Positions 8,768 to 19,986 of a stretch of 64,000 bases of DNA are shown here, piece after piece; within the stretch, counting starts at the first letter, position 1, and each line of letters starts with the position of its first letter. Source of the DNA: an uncultured Gemmatimonadales bacterium. GTDB taxonomy: Bacteria > Gemmatimonadota > Gemmatimonadetes > Gemmatimonadales > GWC2-71-9. The notes below the pieces were generated by a model that had not been told where the DNA came from, searched no databases, and saw only the letters and a list, made by a program, of their open reading frames with translations. The stretch covers positions 96,001-160,000 of the forward strand of contig CAWCVB010000007.1 of the NCBI GenBank assembly GCA_963798915.1. Direction: 5' to 3'. Position numbers and translations under genes: made by a program.

Positions 8768-10498
8768 ATGCGAACGTCCAGCAATCTCGTGACTGTCATG
8801 TTCTTCCATGCCATGGCATGCTGCGTGACTGCAGTCAGCGCTGGTCAATCGCCGGCTCCTCCGTCGGATGCGACGACACTGATGCAGACGGCGGCCGGTA
8901 CCGGGAACGACACGGCGCGCACCAAGGCGTGGCGGCAGGACCTGGACGTTCTCCTCGCGCGGCTCCGCCGCATTCACCCGCGACCATTCGCGCGGCTGAG
9001 TGAGGCGGAGGTGAATGCCGAGCATCGGAAGCTCGCTGCTGCCATCCCTCGGATGTCCGATGAGCAGGTTGTCCTTGCCATGATGGCACTGATGGCCCGG
9101 ATGACCGGCGGTCACACCCAGCTCTACGGCACATCGGCGAAGACGATCTCGACGCGCTGGTTCCCGGTTCGCTTCTTCGCCTTTCGCGACGGCATCGGCA
9201 TCACGGCAACATCGACCGACCACGCCGACCTCGCCGGTGCCAGGGTGCTCCGCATCGGTGACCTGGATGCCCGAGCCGCGATGGAGACAGTGATGCGCAT
9301 CACTCCCGCCGACAATGACGTCGGCAAGCTGCATCGTGCGCCGTACTTCATGATGATGGATTGGGTGCTGCACGGACTGGGGATCACGCCGGATCGCGAT
9401 GAGCTCACGCTTGTCGTCGAAGGTCCGGGAGATCGACCACGACGCAAGGTCACCCTCGCCGCCCAGGACCGGCGCAAGGATGATGCGCTCTCCTATCAGG
9501 CGACCGAGAGTGTGGTGGGTGGCCAGGCAGTCATCGGGCGCCCGGAGGATTCGGTGAGCACGGCGCTCTACCTGCGCCACACCGACCGGCGATTCTGGCT
9601 CGCCTACCTGCCTGGCGCGCGGGCCCTGTATGTCCAGGTGCGCTTCGTCGGCAACGGACCGCACGAGAGCCTGACCGAGTTTGCGCATCGCGTGTGGACC
9701 CTGGCGGACAGCGTTCCGGTCGATAGGTTCATTCTCGACCTCCGCTTCGCGCGAGGCGGCAACAAGACGCTGGCGGATCCGCTGCTTGATGGCCTGCTGG
9801 CCCATCCCGCCCTCAACACGCCGGGAGCAGTGTTCACCCTGATCGGTCGGGAGACCTTCAGCGCGGGCATGATGCTGGCGGTCTATCTCGAGGAGCACAG
9901 CAACACGGTGTTTGTCGGTGAGCCCACCGGTGCATCGCCCAACTTCTCCTCCGAGACACTCGGCATCAGCCTGCCCAACAGCGGCCTCATTGCGAGCGTG
10001 GGCGAGTGGTACTGGGTCAACAGCGTGCCCTGGGACACCCGACCCGCCATCGACCCGGACATCAGCACCCCGTTTTCACTCGACGACTATCGTTCCGGTC
10101 GGGATCCTGCCCTGGATGCGGTGCTGTCGGACAGCGAGGACCATGCGGCGCTCGCACGGCGCGTGCTTCCCCAGCGGCGTCGGCAGCTGAACCGGGTCAA
10201 GTTGGCTCATGCGGCGATCATGCGGGATCTGGCCGCAGGCGAGCCAGTCACCGAACTCGAACTGCGCGACATCGGGCGGGCCCTGGTCAGTTCCGGCGAC
10301 TACGAGATGGGACTCGAACTGCTCTCAGCATGGGTTGAGCACTTTCCCGGCTCCTCCGACGCACTGGTCGCGCGGGCGCAGGGGTACGTACAGGCCGGCG
10401 ACACCGCCCGTGCTCGCCAGGATCTTCGGGACGCCCTGCTGCGATCGCCGGACGACGCGGAGGCGAAGGCGATGTTGCGCGACCTGGGGGGAACCTGA
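8768..10498 (+). CDS. Exported S41-like peptidase with C-terminal TPR
   Basis: ILDLRFARGGN, LIGRETFSAG, VFVGEPTG; AGGAGG RBS before ATG 8768. Confidence 0.8.
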   Translation: MRTSSNLVTVMFFHAMACCVTAVSAGQSPAPPSDATTLMQTAAGTGNDTARTKAWRQDLDVLLARLRRIHPRPFARLSEAEVNAEHRKLAAAIPRMSDEQVVLAMMALMARMTGGHTQLYGTSAKTISTRWFPVRFFAFRDGIGITATSTDHADLAGARVLRIGDLDARAAMETVMRITPADNDVGKLHRAPYFMMMDWVLHGLGITPDRDELTLVVEGPGDRPRRKVTLAAQDRRKDDALSYQATESVVGGQAVIGRPEDSVSTALYLRHTDRRFWLAYLPGARALYVQVRFVGNGPHESLTEFAHRVWTLADSVPVDRFILDLRFARGGNKTLADPLLDGLLAHPALNTPGAVFTLIGRETFSAGMMLAVYLEEHSNTVFVGEPTGASPNFSSETLGISLPNSGLIASVGEWYWVNSVPWDTRPAIDPDISTPFSLDDYRSGRDPALDAVLSDSEDHAALARRVLPQRRRQLNRVKLAHAAIMRDLAAGEPVTELELRDIGRALVSSGDYEMGLELLSAWVEHFPGSSDALVARAQGYVQAGDTARARQDLRDALLRSPDDAEAKAMLRDLGGT

Positions 10499-10501
10499 CC
10501 C

Positions 10502-10704
10502 CTACGGCACCATCGCCCGGTCGTCCATCAACTGCCGGGTGAAGTAGGTGAAGCCCAGCGCGCTGGTGTGGGCGCTCTGGATCGCGTTGGCGCCCGATCC
10601 GTGGCCGCCCTCGATCACCTCATAGTACAAGTACGGCATGCCGTACTCGGCCATCCGCGCCGCGAACTTTCGGGCGTGCTGCGGGCCGACCCGGTCGTCC
10701 TTGG
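10502..10704 (-). pseudogene. C-terminal fragment of prolyl oligopeptidase (S9A)
   Basis: Manual translation KDDRVGPQHARKFAARM...EGGHGSGAN; cut off by IS91 copy 2. Confidence 0.8.
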
Positions 10705-11577
10705 ACCTTCGTGATGTGGCCGGTGCACGACACCGCGCGGTTGACCGAGGCGTTTCGCCGCGCGGTGCTCCGGCTGTTCGTGCGGTTGGAGCTCTTCGAC
10801 GAGGATCAAGCCGCCGGGATGCTCACCTGGCCGCACTCCGGTTTCCCTCGAGCGGCTGACCTACGACCGCGCGATGCACACCGTGACCTACCGCTTGGAC
10901 AAGTCGGTGGGTCCCACGGCGGGCACCGAGACGCTCGATCCGAGAGCGTTCCTCGCGCGGGTGCTGGTGCACATCCCGGACAAGGGCCAGGTCACCACAC
11001 GCTACTATGGCTGGTACGCCAATCGGCCCCGCGGCATGCGGCGACGGGCCGAGTCTGGTGGGGCCAACCCGCCGACACCGATCGTCACCACGCCCCGGCT
11101 TGCGCCCACCGAGGCCAGCCGCCGTTGGGCCGCGCTCCTGCGGCAGATCTTCGAGGTCGACCCGCTTCGTTGCCCCACCTGCCAGGGCGCCATGCGGATC
11201 GTCGCGGTCATCACCCTGCGCTCGGTGATTGAGCAGATCCTGGCGCACCTCGGCACTCGCACCGCCGCGCGCAGCCCGCCCGCGACCCGGGCACCCACAC
11301 TCTGGGGCGCGCCGCGAGGACGGATGGGCACCGCCTCCCACGCCCCCTGAAGGACCCCCAGCGCACCGAATCCCGGCCCGGCGGTCGGGGACCTTCGGCG
11401 TGCGCGCTACGCCGAAATCGAGCCCTAGTCCGGCCAGGGCGACCCCCGGCCGGGCGGAGGGGACGAGCCCAGCGCCGACCCGACCCGCCCAATACCCCAG
11501 TGAACACCGCCGATGGCCAGCCACGCATCGCTCGAAGTCGAGGTATACCTCAGGCGGCCCGATTGAAATTCCTATTC
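10703..11577 (+). mobile_element. 5'-truncated IS91/ISCR-like element (copy 2) ending in oriIS-like motif
   Basis: Near-identical to 7801-~8356, then diverges; ends with GATTGAAATTCCTATTC. Confidence 0.85.
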
Positions 11578-11691
11578 AAAGCCAGTGCTCACCGCCGAAG
11601 AGGAGTCGACCGGCCACGTACATGCCGGCGACCACCACCGGGAACGCGGCGAGTTCGTTGATGACTCGGCGAACCAACGGACGTCCCCCGG

Positions 11692-13254
11692 TCATCGCAC
11701 CCCGAGATGCGTCGCCAGCCAGTCGGTCATGAGGCCGAGCACCTCCGGTTCCACCTTGTTGGTCGGCAGTGAGGCGTAGCCGCTCGGCAGGCCACTGGGA
11801 TCGTGGATGAAGAGGTGGTTCATCTCGGGGAAGAGGTGCAGGGTCACATCCGGGTTGCCGGTTGCCTTGAACGCCTGTTCCAGCGCCGGGGCCTGCTCCG
11901 GAGTGACCTGGTGATCGTTGGCGCCCTGCAGGATCAGGATCGGCACCGTCTTGACCTTGGCGGCGGTGGCGAGCGGATTGTAGCGCAGGAAGTAGCCGAG
12001 CCAGATGTTGGTCTTCGCGGACGAGTCGGTCTTCTCCGTGTTGGCCTTGTAGGCCGAGTCGCGCGACGACGGCGCGATGGAGGAATCGAGGTCGATCGCC
12101 TGCTTCTGCTGGAAGGTGAGAATCTGGCGGCCGGTCTGTGACGGTCCCGCCATCAGCACGGCGCCCTTGAGCAGGGTATCGGTCGCGGCCACGATCGGCG
12201 CGATCAGGCCGCCCTCGCTGTGGCCGACGAGTGCCAGCCGGTCACCGTCGATCTCCGGTTGCTGGCGGAGCCAGGCCAGCGCGGCGCGGATGTCGTCGGC
12301 ATAGTCGGCGCTGGTGCCGATCGTGCCGCCTGAGGCGCCGATCATCCGGTCGTCGAGGCGGAGCACCGCGATGCCGCGACGACCGAGCGTGTCGGCCACT
12401 TGCCGGAACGGGCGGTAGCCGCCGGCCACCGGGAGGTACTCGTCGCGGTCTTCCTGGCCACTGCCGGTGATGGTGACGACCGCAGGGACCTTGCCGGTCG
12501 CATTGTTGGGAAGCGTGAGTGTGCCGCCCAGGGTGATCCCGCCCGGGCCGGTCAGGGTCACCTCGCGCGCGGTGTACGGCGCGCCGGCGGGCGCCGAGTA
12601 GTCGGGCTTGCCGAGGGCGAGCTTCGAGGCGGCCGCACCGTCGACTCGGTCCACAATCATCCCGGCCGAAGGAATCGCCCCGCCGAGGATCCGTCCGGTC
12701 GAGTCGACGTGGAGTCGGTGCACCTGGCCCGCGAGGGTGAGCAGCAGCGAGTCGCGGGCGAGGGCACGCACCGCCACCGCGATGGTGACGCCGCCGCCCA
12801 GCACGAAGCCCGGGATGTCGGCCGAGTCGCCCTGGGCTCGCGCGTGCTCGGTGTAGAGCTCGGTGAGTGCGAACGAGTTGTTGAGGAGCGGCAGGGCCCC
12901 GGCCTCGGTCTGGAACCCGCGCGTGGTCCCAGCCATGGTGATCAACACACTGTCGCCGCGCATCACGAGGTGAGCTTCCTGCAGTGGCTTGGCGTCGGGC
13001 GCCGGGCCTGGGCCGTAGACCTCGACATTCATCGAAGCGACCGACCAGTCGTCACCAAGTTGGGCTGCGTAGCGGAACTCCGGCTGGCCCCGGACGGTGA
13101 CCCGTCCGGCGATGCTGTGATCGGTCCGCAGGAAGCGTTCGACGCCCAGGGTGTCGTTGCCGGCGCGGATCACGAAGCCGCCCGGTTCGCCCGGCGCCTG
13201 AGCGGCGAGGGTCACGGGAAGCAGGAGGGCGGCGGTCAGGTATGAAATGCGCAT
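11692..13254 (-). CDS. Exported alpha/beta hydrolase
   Basis: Signal peptide; ITGSGQEDRDE, GHSEGG nucleophile motif, NHLF. Confidence 0.9.
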   Translation of the reverse strand: MRISYLTAALLLPVTLAAQAPGEPGGFVIRAGNDTLGVERFLRTDHSIAGRVTVRGQPEFRYAAQLGDDWSVASMNVEVYGPGPAPDAKPLQEAHLVMRGDSVLITMAGTTRGFQTEAGALPLLNNSFALTELYTEHARAQGDSADIPGFVLGGGVTIAVAVRALARDSLLLTLAGQVHRLHVDSTGRILGGAIPSAGMIVDRVDGAAASKLALGKPDYSAPAGAPYTAREVTLTGPGGITLGGTLTLPNNATGKVPAVVTITGSGQEDRDEYLPVAGGYRPFRQVADTLGRRGIAVLRLDDRMIGASGGTIGTSADYADDIRAALAWLRQQPEIDGDRLALVGHSEGGLIAPIVAATDTLLKGAVLMAGPSQTGRQILTFQQKQAIDLDSSIAPSSRDSAYKANTEKTDSSAKTNIWLGYFLRYNPLATAAKVKTVPILILQGANDHQVTPEQAPALEQAFKATGNPDVTLHLFPEMNHLFIHDPSGLPSGYASLPTNKVEPEVLGLMTDWLATHLGVR

Positions 13255-13364
13255 GAATCAATGTACATGCTGCCGGCTCGCTCGCGAGCCGGAGGACCCG
13301 AAAGCCGGAGAGCGGATCGTGGGGGCACCGAGGAAAGACGCCCTTCCTTGGGGTGGCGGTAGCG

Positions 13365-13454
13365 GCATAACGACATGCGCTTCTGCGGCGGCCGCGCACC
13401 GTACCGAAGGTAGTCCATTGCTGCGCGGCCGTCCGCAGCAAGCGCGTGTTAGGC
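13365..13454 (-). other. attC: attC site
   Basis: gcataac..gcgcttctgcgg / ccgcagcaagcgc..gttaggc. Confidence 0.85.
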
Positions 13455-13563
13455 GGCACACAACCCTCAGCGGTCTCCAGCGATGAGGCGCAGACCGACA
13501 CGGACCTATGCAATTCGAAGAGACGACGGACTACCACCGCGCTCCTGGCATGCAATACGACGT

Positions 13564-14736
13564 TCACTGTGAGCTTAGCACTCTCGCGATCTTGTCGGCG
13601 AGTGTCGGCAGCCCCTTGAAAATTCTCTCGCTCGACATGTTGGCCAAAAGGACCACGCCAGCGTTCAGCTGAGGGTAGACAACGAGATAGCTGTTGAACC
13701 CGTTCGTGCCACCGTCAGACCAGATCTGGAAATCCGAGGCAGATGGCTGATACTCCAGCCAGTTCAACGCCACACTGTAGATGGAGGGCGAAGGCATTCC
13801 GTTCGCAGACAGGGGTACGATCCGCCCGGACGACGCCCCCACATCCACGGTCTTTCGCAGAGACAGTCGGGCCGCCGCATTGGAGCCGTCGAGTAAGATC
13901 CCGATGTACTTGACCAGATCCTCGGCGGTGCTGCCCAGGCCACCGGCATACCGAAAATAGGGCATGATGAACTCATAGTCCGCGTCGCTACCCGATGCCG
14001 TGTACCCCCGGGCAACGGACGATATGTCGTCCGGGCCGATGAAGAACGTGCGAGCCATGCCTGCGGGGTGCGTCACATACCTCCTTATGAGCTCATCCAT
14101 CGGTTCGGCATATACGTCTTCCAAGACGTATGCCAGCAGCTGTGCACCGGCGTTTGAGTGCTGTTGGCGGGTCCCAGGAACCGTGTCAAGCCGCACCGTG
14201 TGGAGGGCTTGCAGGAAATCGCTTCGGCTGAGGTTCCTATAGTAGTCGATCTTCACGCGGAGAGCGGAGTCGGGAGGAAGGTCCTGCGTCGCGCGGGGAA
14301 GATCCGGCAGCCAATCGGGCAAGGACGACGTAGTGTTCGCGAGGTCCACCAACGTGACGGGTTCGCCGCCGCATTCCAGATTCGGATAACGGCCCTTCAG
14401 GTATTGGCGAACATCATCGTCCAGCTTCACGCGTCCTTCAAGAACTGCATGGGCGAGAACGAGGCTCACGAACGTCTTCGTGATTGAGCCGATCTCGTAG
14501 ACTGTGCGTGCGGTGGGCGAACGCGTTTCTCCTTTCACGATCGTTCCGAAATTGTAGAACTGGCGGCCACCGTTGGCATAGACACCAATGGACAGGCCAA
14601 CGGCATGCTGGTCCCGGACAAAATCCCGACCCAACTGCTCGACGGTCGAATCCAGCCGAGCCGGGGCGTCCTGCGCCAGGACAACCAGCGGCAGCACACT
14701 CAACCCTACGACCAGCGACAGCGTCTTCATTCCCAT
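13564..14736 (-). CDS. Serine hydrolase, beta-lactamase-like (class C/PBP) family, exported
   Basis: YEIGSITK (SxxK), HSN in place of YxN, DGGTNGF. Confidence 0.88.
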   Translation of the reverse strand: MGMKTLSLVVGLSVLPLVVLAQDAPARLDSTVEQLGRDFVRDQHAVGLSIGVYANGGRQFYNFGTIVKGETRSPTARTVYEIGSITKTFVSLVLAHAVLEGRVKLDDDVRQYLKGRYPNLECGGEPVTLVDLANTTSSLPDWLPDLPRATQDLPPDSALRVKIDYYRNLSRSDFLQALHTVRLDTVPGTRQQHSNAGAQLLAYVLEDVYAEPMDELIRRYVTHPAGMARTFFIGPDDISSVARGYTASGSDADYEFIMPYFRYAGGLGSTAEDLVKYIGILLDGSNAAARLSLRKTVDVGASSGRIVPLSANGMPSPSIYSVALNWLEYQPSASDFQIWSDGGTNGFNSYLVVYPQLNAGVVLLANMSSERIFKGLPTLADKIARVLSSQ

Positions 14737-14829
14737 TTCGCCCTACAGTGTGAAGTCGTAGTAGCGAGATTCTCGCCTGTACCACGGCACGATCTCCGCT
14801 ACCGAGAGCCCGTTCGAGTGTGCCGCCCT

Positions 14830-16044
<1,215 letters not shown>

Positions 16045-16058
16045 CTTTCGAGACAGTT

Positions 16059-16191
16059 GCTAACGACCGGCGCTTCAGCGGCGGGGCGGTCACCCTCACA
16101 GCAACCAAAGTTCATTCTCGGCCAACCCGATGGCCGCAGCGCAGGGAATTCCGGCGGACGGCCGCCCGCCAGCTGCAAGCGCGGGTTAGCC
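16059..16191 (-). other. attC: attC site carrying the IS110 insertion in R'
   Basis: gctaac..gcgcttcagc / gctgcaagcgc..gttagcc. Confidence 0.88.
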
Positions 16192-16416
16192 AGCGCCCTT
16201 GCGGGGGGCCCGCCAAGCCAACTCGAGCCGACGGCCATGCGCCGCGCAATCCCGCAGGTAGAGATTGATGAGACTCTGGTACGGGAGTTCCGTCTCCGTG
16301 GCCAACTCCTTGAAATAGGCAATCGTCGCCTCATCCAGCCGGATGGTTACCGGCTTCTTCAGGCGCTTGGCGTAGGGATTCGGCCGGCCCTGGGCAAAGT
16401 CGTAGTGTTTACGCAT
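16186..16416 (-). CDS. brnA: BrnA-family antitoxin
   Basis: YDFAQGRPNPYA..KPVTIRLD..YFK..PYQSLINLYL. Confidence 0.9.
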   Translation of the reverse strand: MRKHYDFAQGRPNPYAKRLKKPVTIRLDEATIAYFKELATETELPYQSLINLYLRDCAAHGRRLELAWRAPRKGAG

Positions 16417-16709
16417 CAGCGATTCCTCGTCACGTACTGCTCGCGCTCCACGCGATCAGCTCGCCGGGCGGAAATGAGGCGGATCAGGCTCTCGGCTTCC
16501 CGATAGCAGTGGACCACCACCAGGACCCGGAGCCGGGCGCTCAGCCCCAACAGGATGAACCGGTCTTCGTCGGCGGAGTGCTCGGGATCGTCGATGAGGA
16601 GCGCGCCCTCATCGCTGAAGACCGTCTCCGCTTCGGCGAAGGCCACGCCATGCTTGGCCTGATTGGCGGTGGCCTTGGCGGGATCCCAGGCGAAGCGGAG
16701 CTTGGGCAT
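16416..16709 (-). CDS. brnT: BrnT-family toxin
   Basis: FAWDPAKATANQAKHGVAF..EDRFILLG..IRLISARRA. Confidence 0.92.
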   Translation of the reverse strand: MPKLRFAWDPAKATANQAKHGVAFAEAETVFSDEGALLIDDPEHSADEDRFILLGLSARLRVLVVVHCYREAESLIRLISARRADRVEREQYVTRNR

Positions 16710-16714
16710 GGCTC

Positions 16715-16743
16715 AATATATGTACGATGTATGTACGTGACAA
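16715..16743 (-). promoter_or_regulatory. brnTA promoter, probably leaderless, with GTACATA direct repeats
   Basis: TTGTCA-17 bp-TATATT, 5 bp before the ATG. Confidence 0.65.
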
Positions 16744-16758
16744 GGTGTTCGCTGCGCT

Positions 16759-16875
16759 GGCTAACGGATTGCACTTCTGCTGCCGGGCCTGGGGCGGGAC
16801 GACCCAGACCTCATAAGATCATAGCGGGTCGTCCCGCCCCGTTCAGGCCCGGACAGCAGCAAGTGCGTGTTAGCC
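16759..16875 (-). other. attC: attC site
   Basis: ggctaac..gcacttctgctg / cagcagcaagtgc..gttagcc. Confidence 0.88.
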
Positions 16876-17130
16876 GGCGCTCGACGTGCTATGGCTGACC
16901 CGCGACCCACCTCCGCCGAAGGATGCCGCGACGCCAAGGATGAAGCCCACACCATACCAGCGCCCCGTATTGTGCTGCTCGAACACGCTCACGCCATCCG
17001 CAAACATGCTGATCCAGACAGTGATCGGCGCGATCAGGCCGTGCCACCAGCCGGCAAAGAATCCAGCGGGTTCCGCACCGGGTTCGGCGTATTTCGAATT
17101 CGCACCGGCGACGGCGAAGGGATTCGGCAT
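16870..17130 (-). CDS. Small membrane protein (PAGFFAGWWHG motif)
   Basis: GAGG RBS; stop codon overlaps attC R''. Confidence 0.75.
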   Translation of the reverse strand: MPNPFAVAGANSKYAEPGAEPAGFFAGWWHGLIAPITVWISMFADGVSVFEQHNTGRWYGVGFILGVAASFGGGGSRVSHSTSSAG

Positions 17131-17170
17131 TGTCACGACCTCCAGTCTCGCGGGGCTTGACATGGCGTCC

Positions 17171-17269
17171 GGCTAACGTCCACACATAAGCTGCAGAGAC
17201 CGGCTCGTGGATGCCAGTCCGGGCACAACCCGTCGGCCGGGCCCTGGCAGCTTCATGCGGTGGTTAGCC
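17171..17269 (-). other. attC: attC site
   Basis: ggctaac..cataagctgc / gcagcttcatg..gttagcc. Confidence 0.85.
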
Positions 17270-17351
17270 GGCGCCAGGTACAGCCGCCGCGAACGGAGCG
17301 GTGTGTGTGCAGCGGATCACAACTCATTTCGCTTTCTGACACGGAGGGAGC

Positions 17352-17801
17352 TTAGGATACCGGCTTCGTCTTCGACCACATAACGTAATTCCTAAAGAAG
17401 TACTTCCACGGCACGAAGATGCCCACCACGGGCGCCCAGACGAAAATGTTGGCCATTGCCTCGGCGGGTGAGCCTGCCAGGGCGCCGGCCCGCCACAGCG
17501 GATACGCAACCGCGACATCCCAGACCAGCTTGTAGAACATCGTGAAGACCACGAGCGGCAGCCACTTCAGCGGGCGTATCAGTCCCAGGATCCCCAATGT
17601 CGGGTATGCCACCCAGACACAGAAGGCTACGGCCTTGGTGTGGTCCCACGGACCCGAGTGGTTGATGATGATGGACCAGTTTGGCAAACCCACGCCGACG
17701 AACATCAGGAGATAGAGCAGCCTCAGGCAGTAGATATTTAGCGGGCGGACGCCTTCGTATGTTATGTAGTTCGGCGTGAAGACGTACTTGATGAAAGACA
17801 T
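17352..17801 (-). CDS. Hypothetical 4-TM membrane protein
   Basis: IYCLRLLYLLMF..LGLIRPLKWLPLVVFTMFYKLVW; GGAGG RBS. Confidence 0.8.
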   Translation of the reverse strand: MSFIKYVFTPNYITYEGVRPLNIYCLRLLYLLMFVGVGLPNWSIIINHSGPWDHTKAVAFCVWVAYPTLGILGLIRPLKWLPLVVFTMFYKLVWDVAVAYPLWRAGALAGSPAEAMANIFVWAPVVGIFVPWKYFFRNYVMWSKTKPVS

Positions 17802-17950
17802 TACGAGCCTCCTTTCCGAGAAGCCAAACCTTGTTCGCGCGAATGCTGCGACATGCGCTTCTTGTTGGGCTTGCAGCCGACATCGTCGACAGCGGCCCGC
17901 GCCCACCTCAGGCGCCAATGAGGGCGGCCCGATCCCAGGCCTCTGCGTCC

Positions 17951-18046
17951 GGCTTACGGATCGCATCTAAGCAGCGGGCGGCCGCCGACTGCCAGAGCAT
18001 TACTCCGCCGGCGGGCCGCGCCGCCTGCTTCAAATGCTAGTTAGGC
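17951..18046 (-). other. attC: attC site with mutated R' (GTAAGCC)
   Basis: ggcttac..gcatctaagcag / ctgcttcaaatgc..gttaggc. Confidence 0.75.
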
Positions 18047-18106
18047 GCCAACGGTCACCCGCCACACTCCGACGCCGACAGTCTCTAAACGTACCCTGCC
18101 AGGTCC

Positions 18107-18493
18107 CTATTCGGCTCTAGGAAGGGCCGTGCGCGCGCGAAAGGAGCGCCATAGAGCGTGGAGAGCAAGGATTGCTGTAAATGCCCCAGTCACACCGAGT
18201 GCGAATAGGGTCCACACGAAGAAGAAACCCCAGCGAGTGGCCAGCGGGCCCACAGTGTGCAGGTATGGCATGGTCGCCGCTGCCACCCCACCGAGAAGCA
18301 TGATGATGAACCCGGCACGCCGACCTGCCAGCTCTACGGTGCCATACAGCAGGGTGAGCATGATGACAAGCAGAATCGTGACATCGCTTGGCGACATCCC
18401 GTTGGTTTGATGAAGCGCGTCGTGCGTCAGGTGGAATGTGGTCAACACGAGAGTGAGCAACGACGAGATGGTCAGCGTCCGATTGTGTTTCAT
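18107..18493 (-). CDS. Hypothetical 4-TM membrane protein
   Basis: Hydrophobic ORF in cassette position. Confidence 0.75.
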   Translation of the reverse strand: MKHNRTLTISSLLTLVLTTFHLTHDALHQTNGMSPSDVTILLVIMLTLLYGTVELAGRRAGFIIMLLGGVAAATMPYLHTVGPLATRWGFFFVWTLFALGVTGAFTAILALHALWRSFRARTALPRAE

Positions 18494-18898
18494 AAGCTCT
18501 GGCGGAAGTTTGTGGTTAGCTATCGGGCCTGGACAGCCGTGGAACGCCACGAACTCTTGGTGCCAGGTCCGTTGGCGCCTAACGGCTACGGTCCTCCCGC
18601 GGGCGACTCAGCGGCTCGCAGCATCAATAATGGCCCGCAGCGCGTGCCCTCCGAGGCGCACAACCGCTAATTCCTTTGAAACGTGCGCGCCAGGCGGGAG
18701 CAACGGCTTGCCAGACGGCGCCCGGCCCTCCCCCACGGGCCGCTGCTCGTGACCGGGGAAGCAGCCCCGATACTCTGCCGCACCATCTGGTGGCCAACAC
18801 TCGCCACCGGGAAGCTGGGGGAAGCAGGATCTCACAACCATCCATTCCGTCTTGGACGAGTAGCGCTCGTGGCCCGCTCGCAGCTTGTAGCGGCGTCC

Positions 18899-19032
18899 GG
18901 CTAACGTGATGCGCTTCTGCGGCGGGCTGGCCGCCACTCATAAATCAATGTTCCGCTTCGGCCGGGCGGGTGCAAGCAGCGCAGGGAGCTGTGGTCAGCA
19001 GCCGGCCCGTCCGCTGCAAGCGCGGGTTAGAC
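18899..19032 (-). other. attC: attC site
   Basis: ggctaac..gcgcttctgcgg / ccgctgcaagcgc..gttagac. Confidence 0.88.
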
Positions 19033-19033
19033 C

Positions 19034-19330
19034 TCAGCGCCGCGATTGCCAACGTCGTGGATGACGCCGGGTATGCGCCACTGCGATGACCGCTATCTGT
19101 TCCGGTTCTAGGACATAATAGACGGCATATGGGAAGCGCCGCACATGTGCTCGCCGAATCTCTTCGTGGGCGCGCGCATAGCTCTCCGGCTGCCGCTGAA
19201 TGGCGGCAAACGTCGCCCGCACGGCCCGGGTGAACTCGCTCCCGAGGCCCGGGAGGCGACGCTCATACCAAGTGAAGGCGTCGTCGAGGTCGGTGGCGGC
19301 TTCCAGCTCAACGAGAAAGCGCGGCGTCAT
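19034..19330 (-). CDS. RelE/ParE-family toxin
   Basis: Full-length paralog of 3537-3791. Confidence 0.9.
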   Translation of the reverse strand: MTPRFLVELEAATDLDDAFTWYERRLPGLGSEFTRAVRATFAAIQRQPESYARAHEEIRRAHVRRFPYAVYYVLEPEQIAVIAVAHTRRHPRRWQSRR

Positions 19331-19542
19331 CGGCCGCGCTGCTCGATCTCTCGCAGGACGTCTTCGGCGGGTCGCCCCCGGCCAGGGTCCTGCCGATGGA
19401 GCTCCAGGCGCCGCTCCAACTCCGCCTTGAGTTCGGGGTCCAGCGCCTCTTCCCGAGGCTCGAGACTGTCCCACAGATCCTCGGCGAGCTGAATCCGCTC
19501 CTCCGGGGTCAGATGGGAAAAGTCAAAGATGGGCGAAGTCAT
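19327..19542 (-). CDS. Addiction-module antitoxin
   Basis: Paralog of 3788-4003. Confidence 0.88.
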   Translation of the reverse strand: MTSPIFDFSHLTPEERIQLAEDLWDSLEPREEALDPELKAELERRLELHRQDPGRGRPAEDVLREIEQRGR

Positions 19543-19592
19543 AGATCCAATTTGGTGTCCGGCCGGGGCGAGCGCAAGCAATCCCGGCTGAG

Positions 19593-19690
19593 GTCTAACG
19601 ACAGGCAAATCAGCTGCGGGGCGGCGGCGCAGCGTGATCGTCTCGACCAGCGGAGGCCGCCGCCCCGTCCGCTGCAAGCGCGGGTTAGGC
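19593..19690 (-). other. attC: attC site
   Basis: gtctaac..cagctgcgggg / ccccgtccgctgc..gttaggc. Confidence 0.82.
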
Positions 19691-19986
19691 GGCGGCCTCG
19701 GGCGGCGTTGTTCGGATGGGCCTGGCAAGCGCCCGGTGCAGCTTGCCTGCCCAGAGCAGCATATCTCGATCTCCGATCAGATCGAGCACAGCCGGACTGC
19801 CGATTGCTCCGAAATGAAATACCTCGCTTCTGAGAAGCCCGAGTCGTTCGCGGCGTGAAGCATCGTCGAGGGGGAAATCAACCGACGGATCGGAAGCCCT
19901 CAGACTGCGCCAGCCCTCGACCACGGTTTACAGGCTGGCCAGGTGCAAGGTCGTCAACGTCCAGCAGGGAATGCCGTAGCCGCCTA

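Noticed and set aside
13270..13360. Riboswitch upstream of the hydrolase
   Set aside because: Hairpins are present but I cannot match a complete aptamer consensus on the coding strand.
13564..14736. Bona fide beta-lactamase resistance cassette
   Set aside because: SxxK is present but YxN is HSN and there is no KTG; only a generic serine hydrolase call is supportable.
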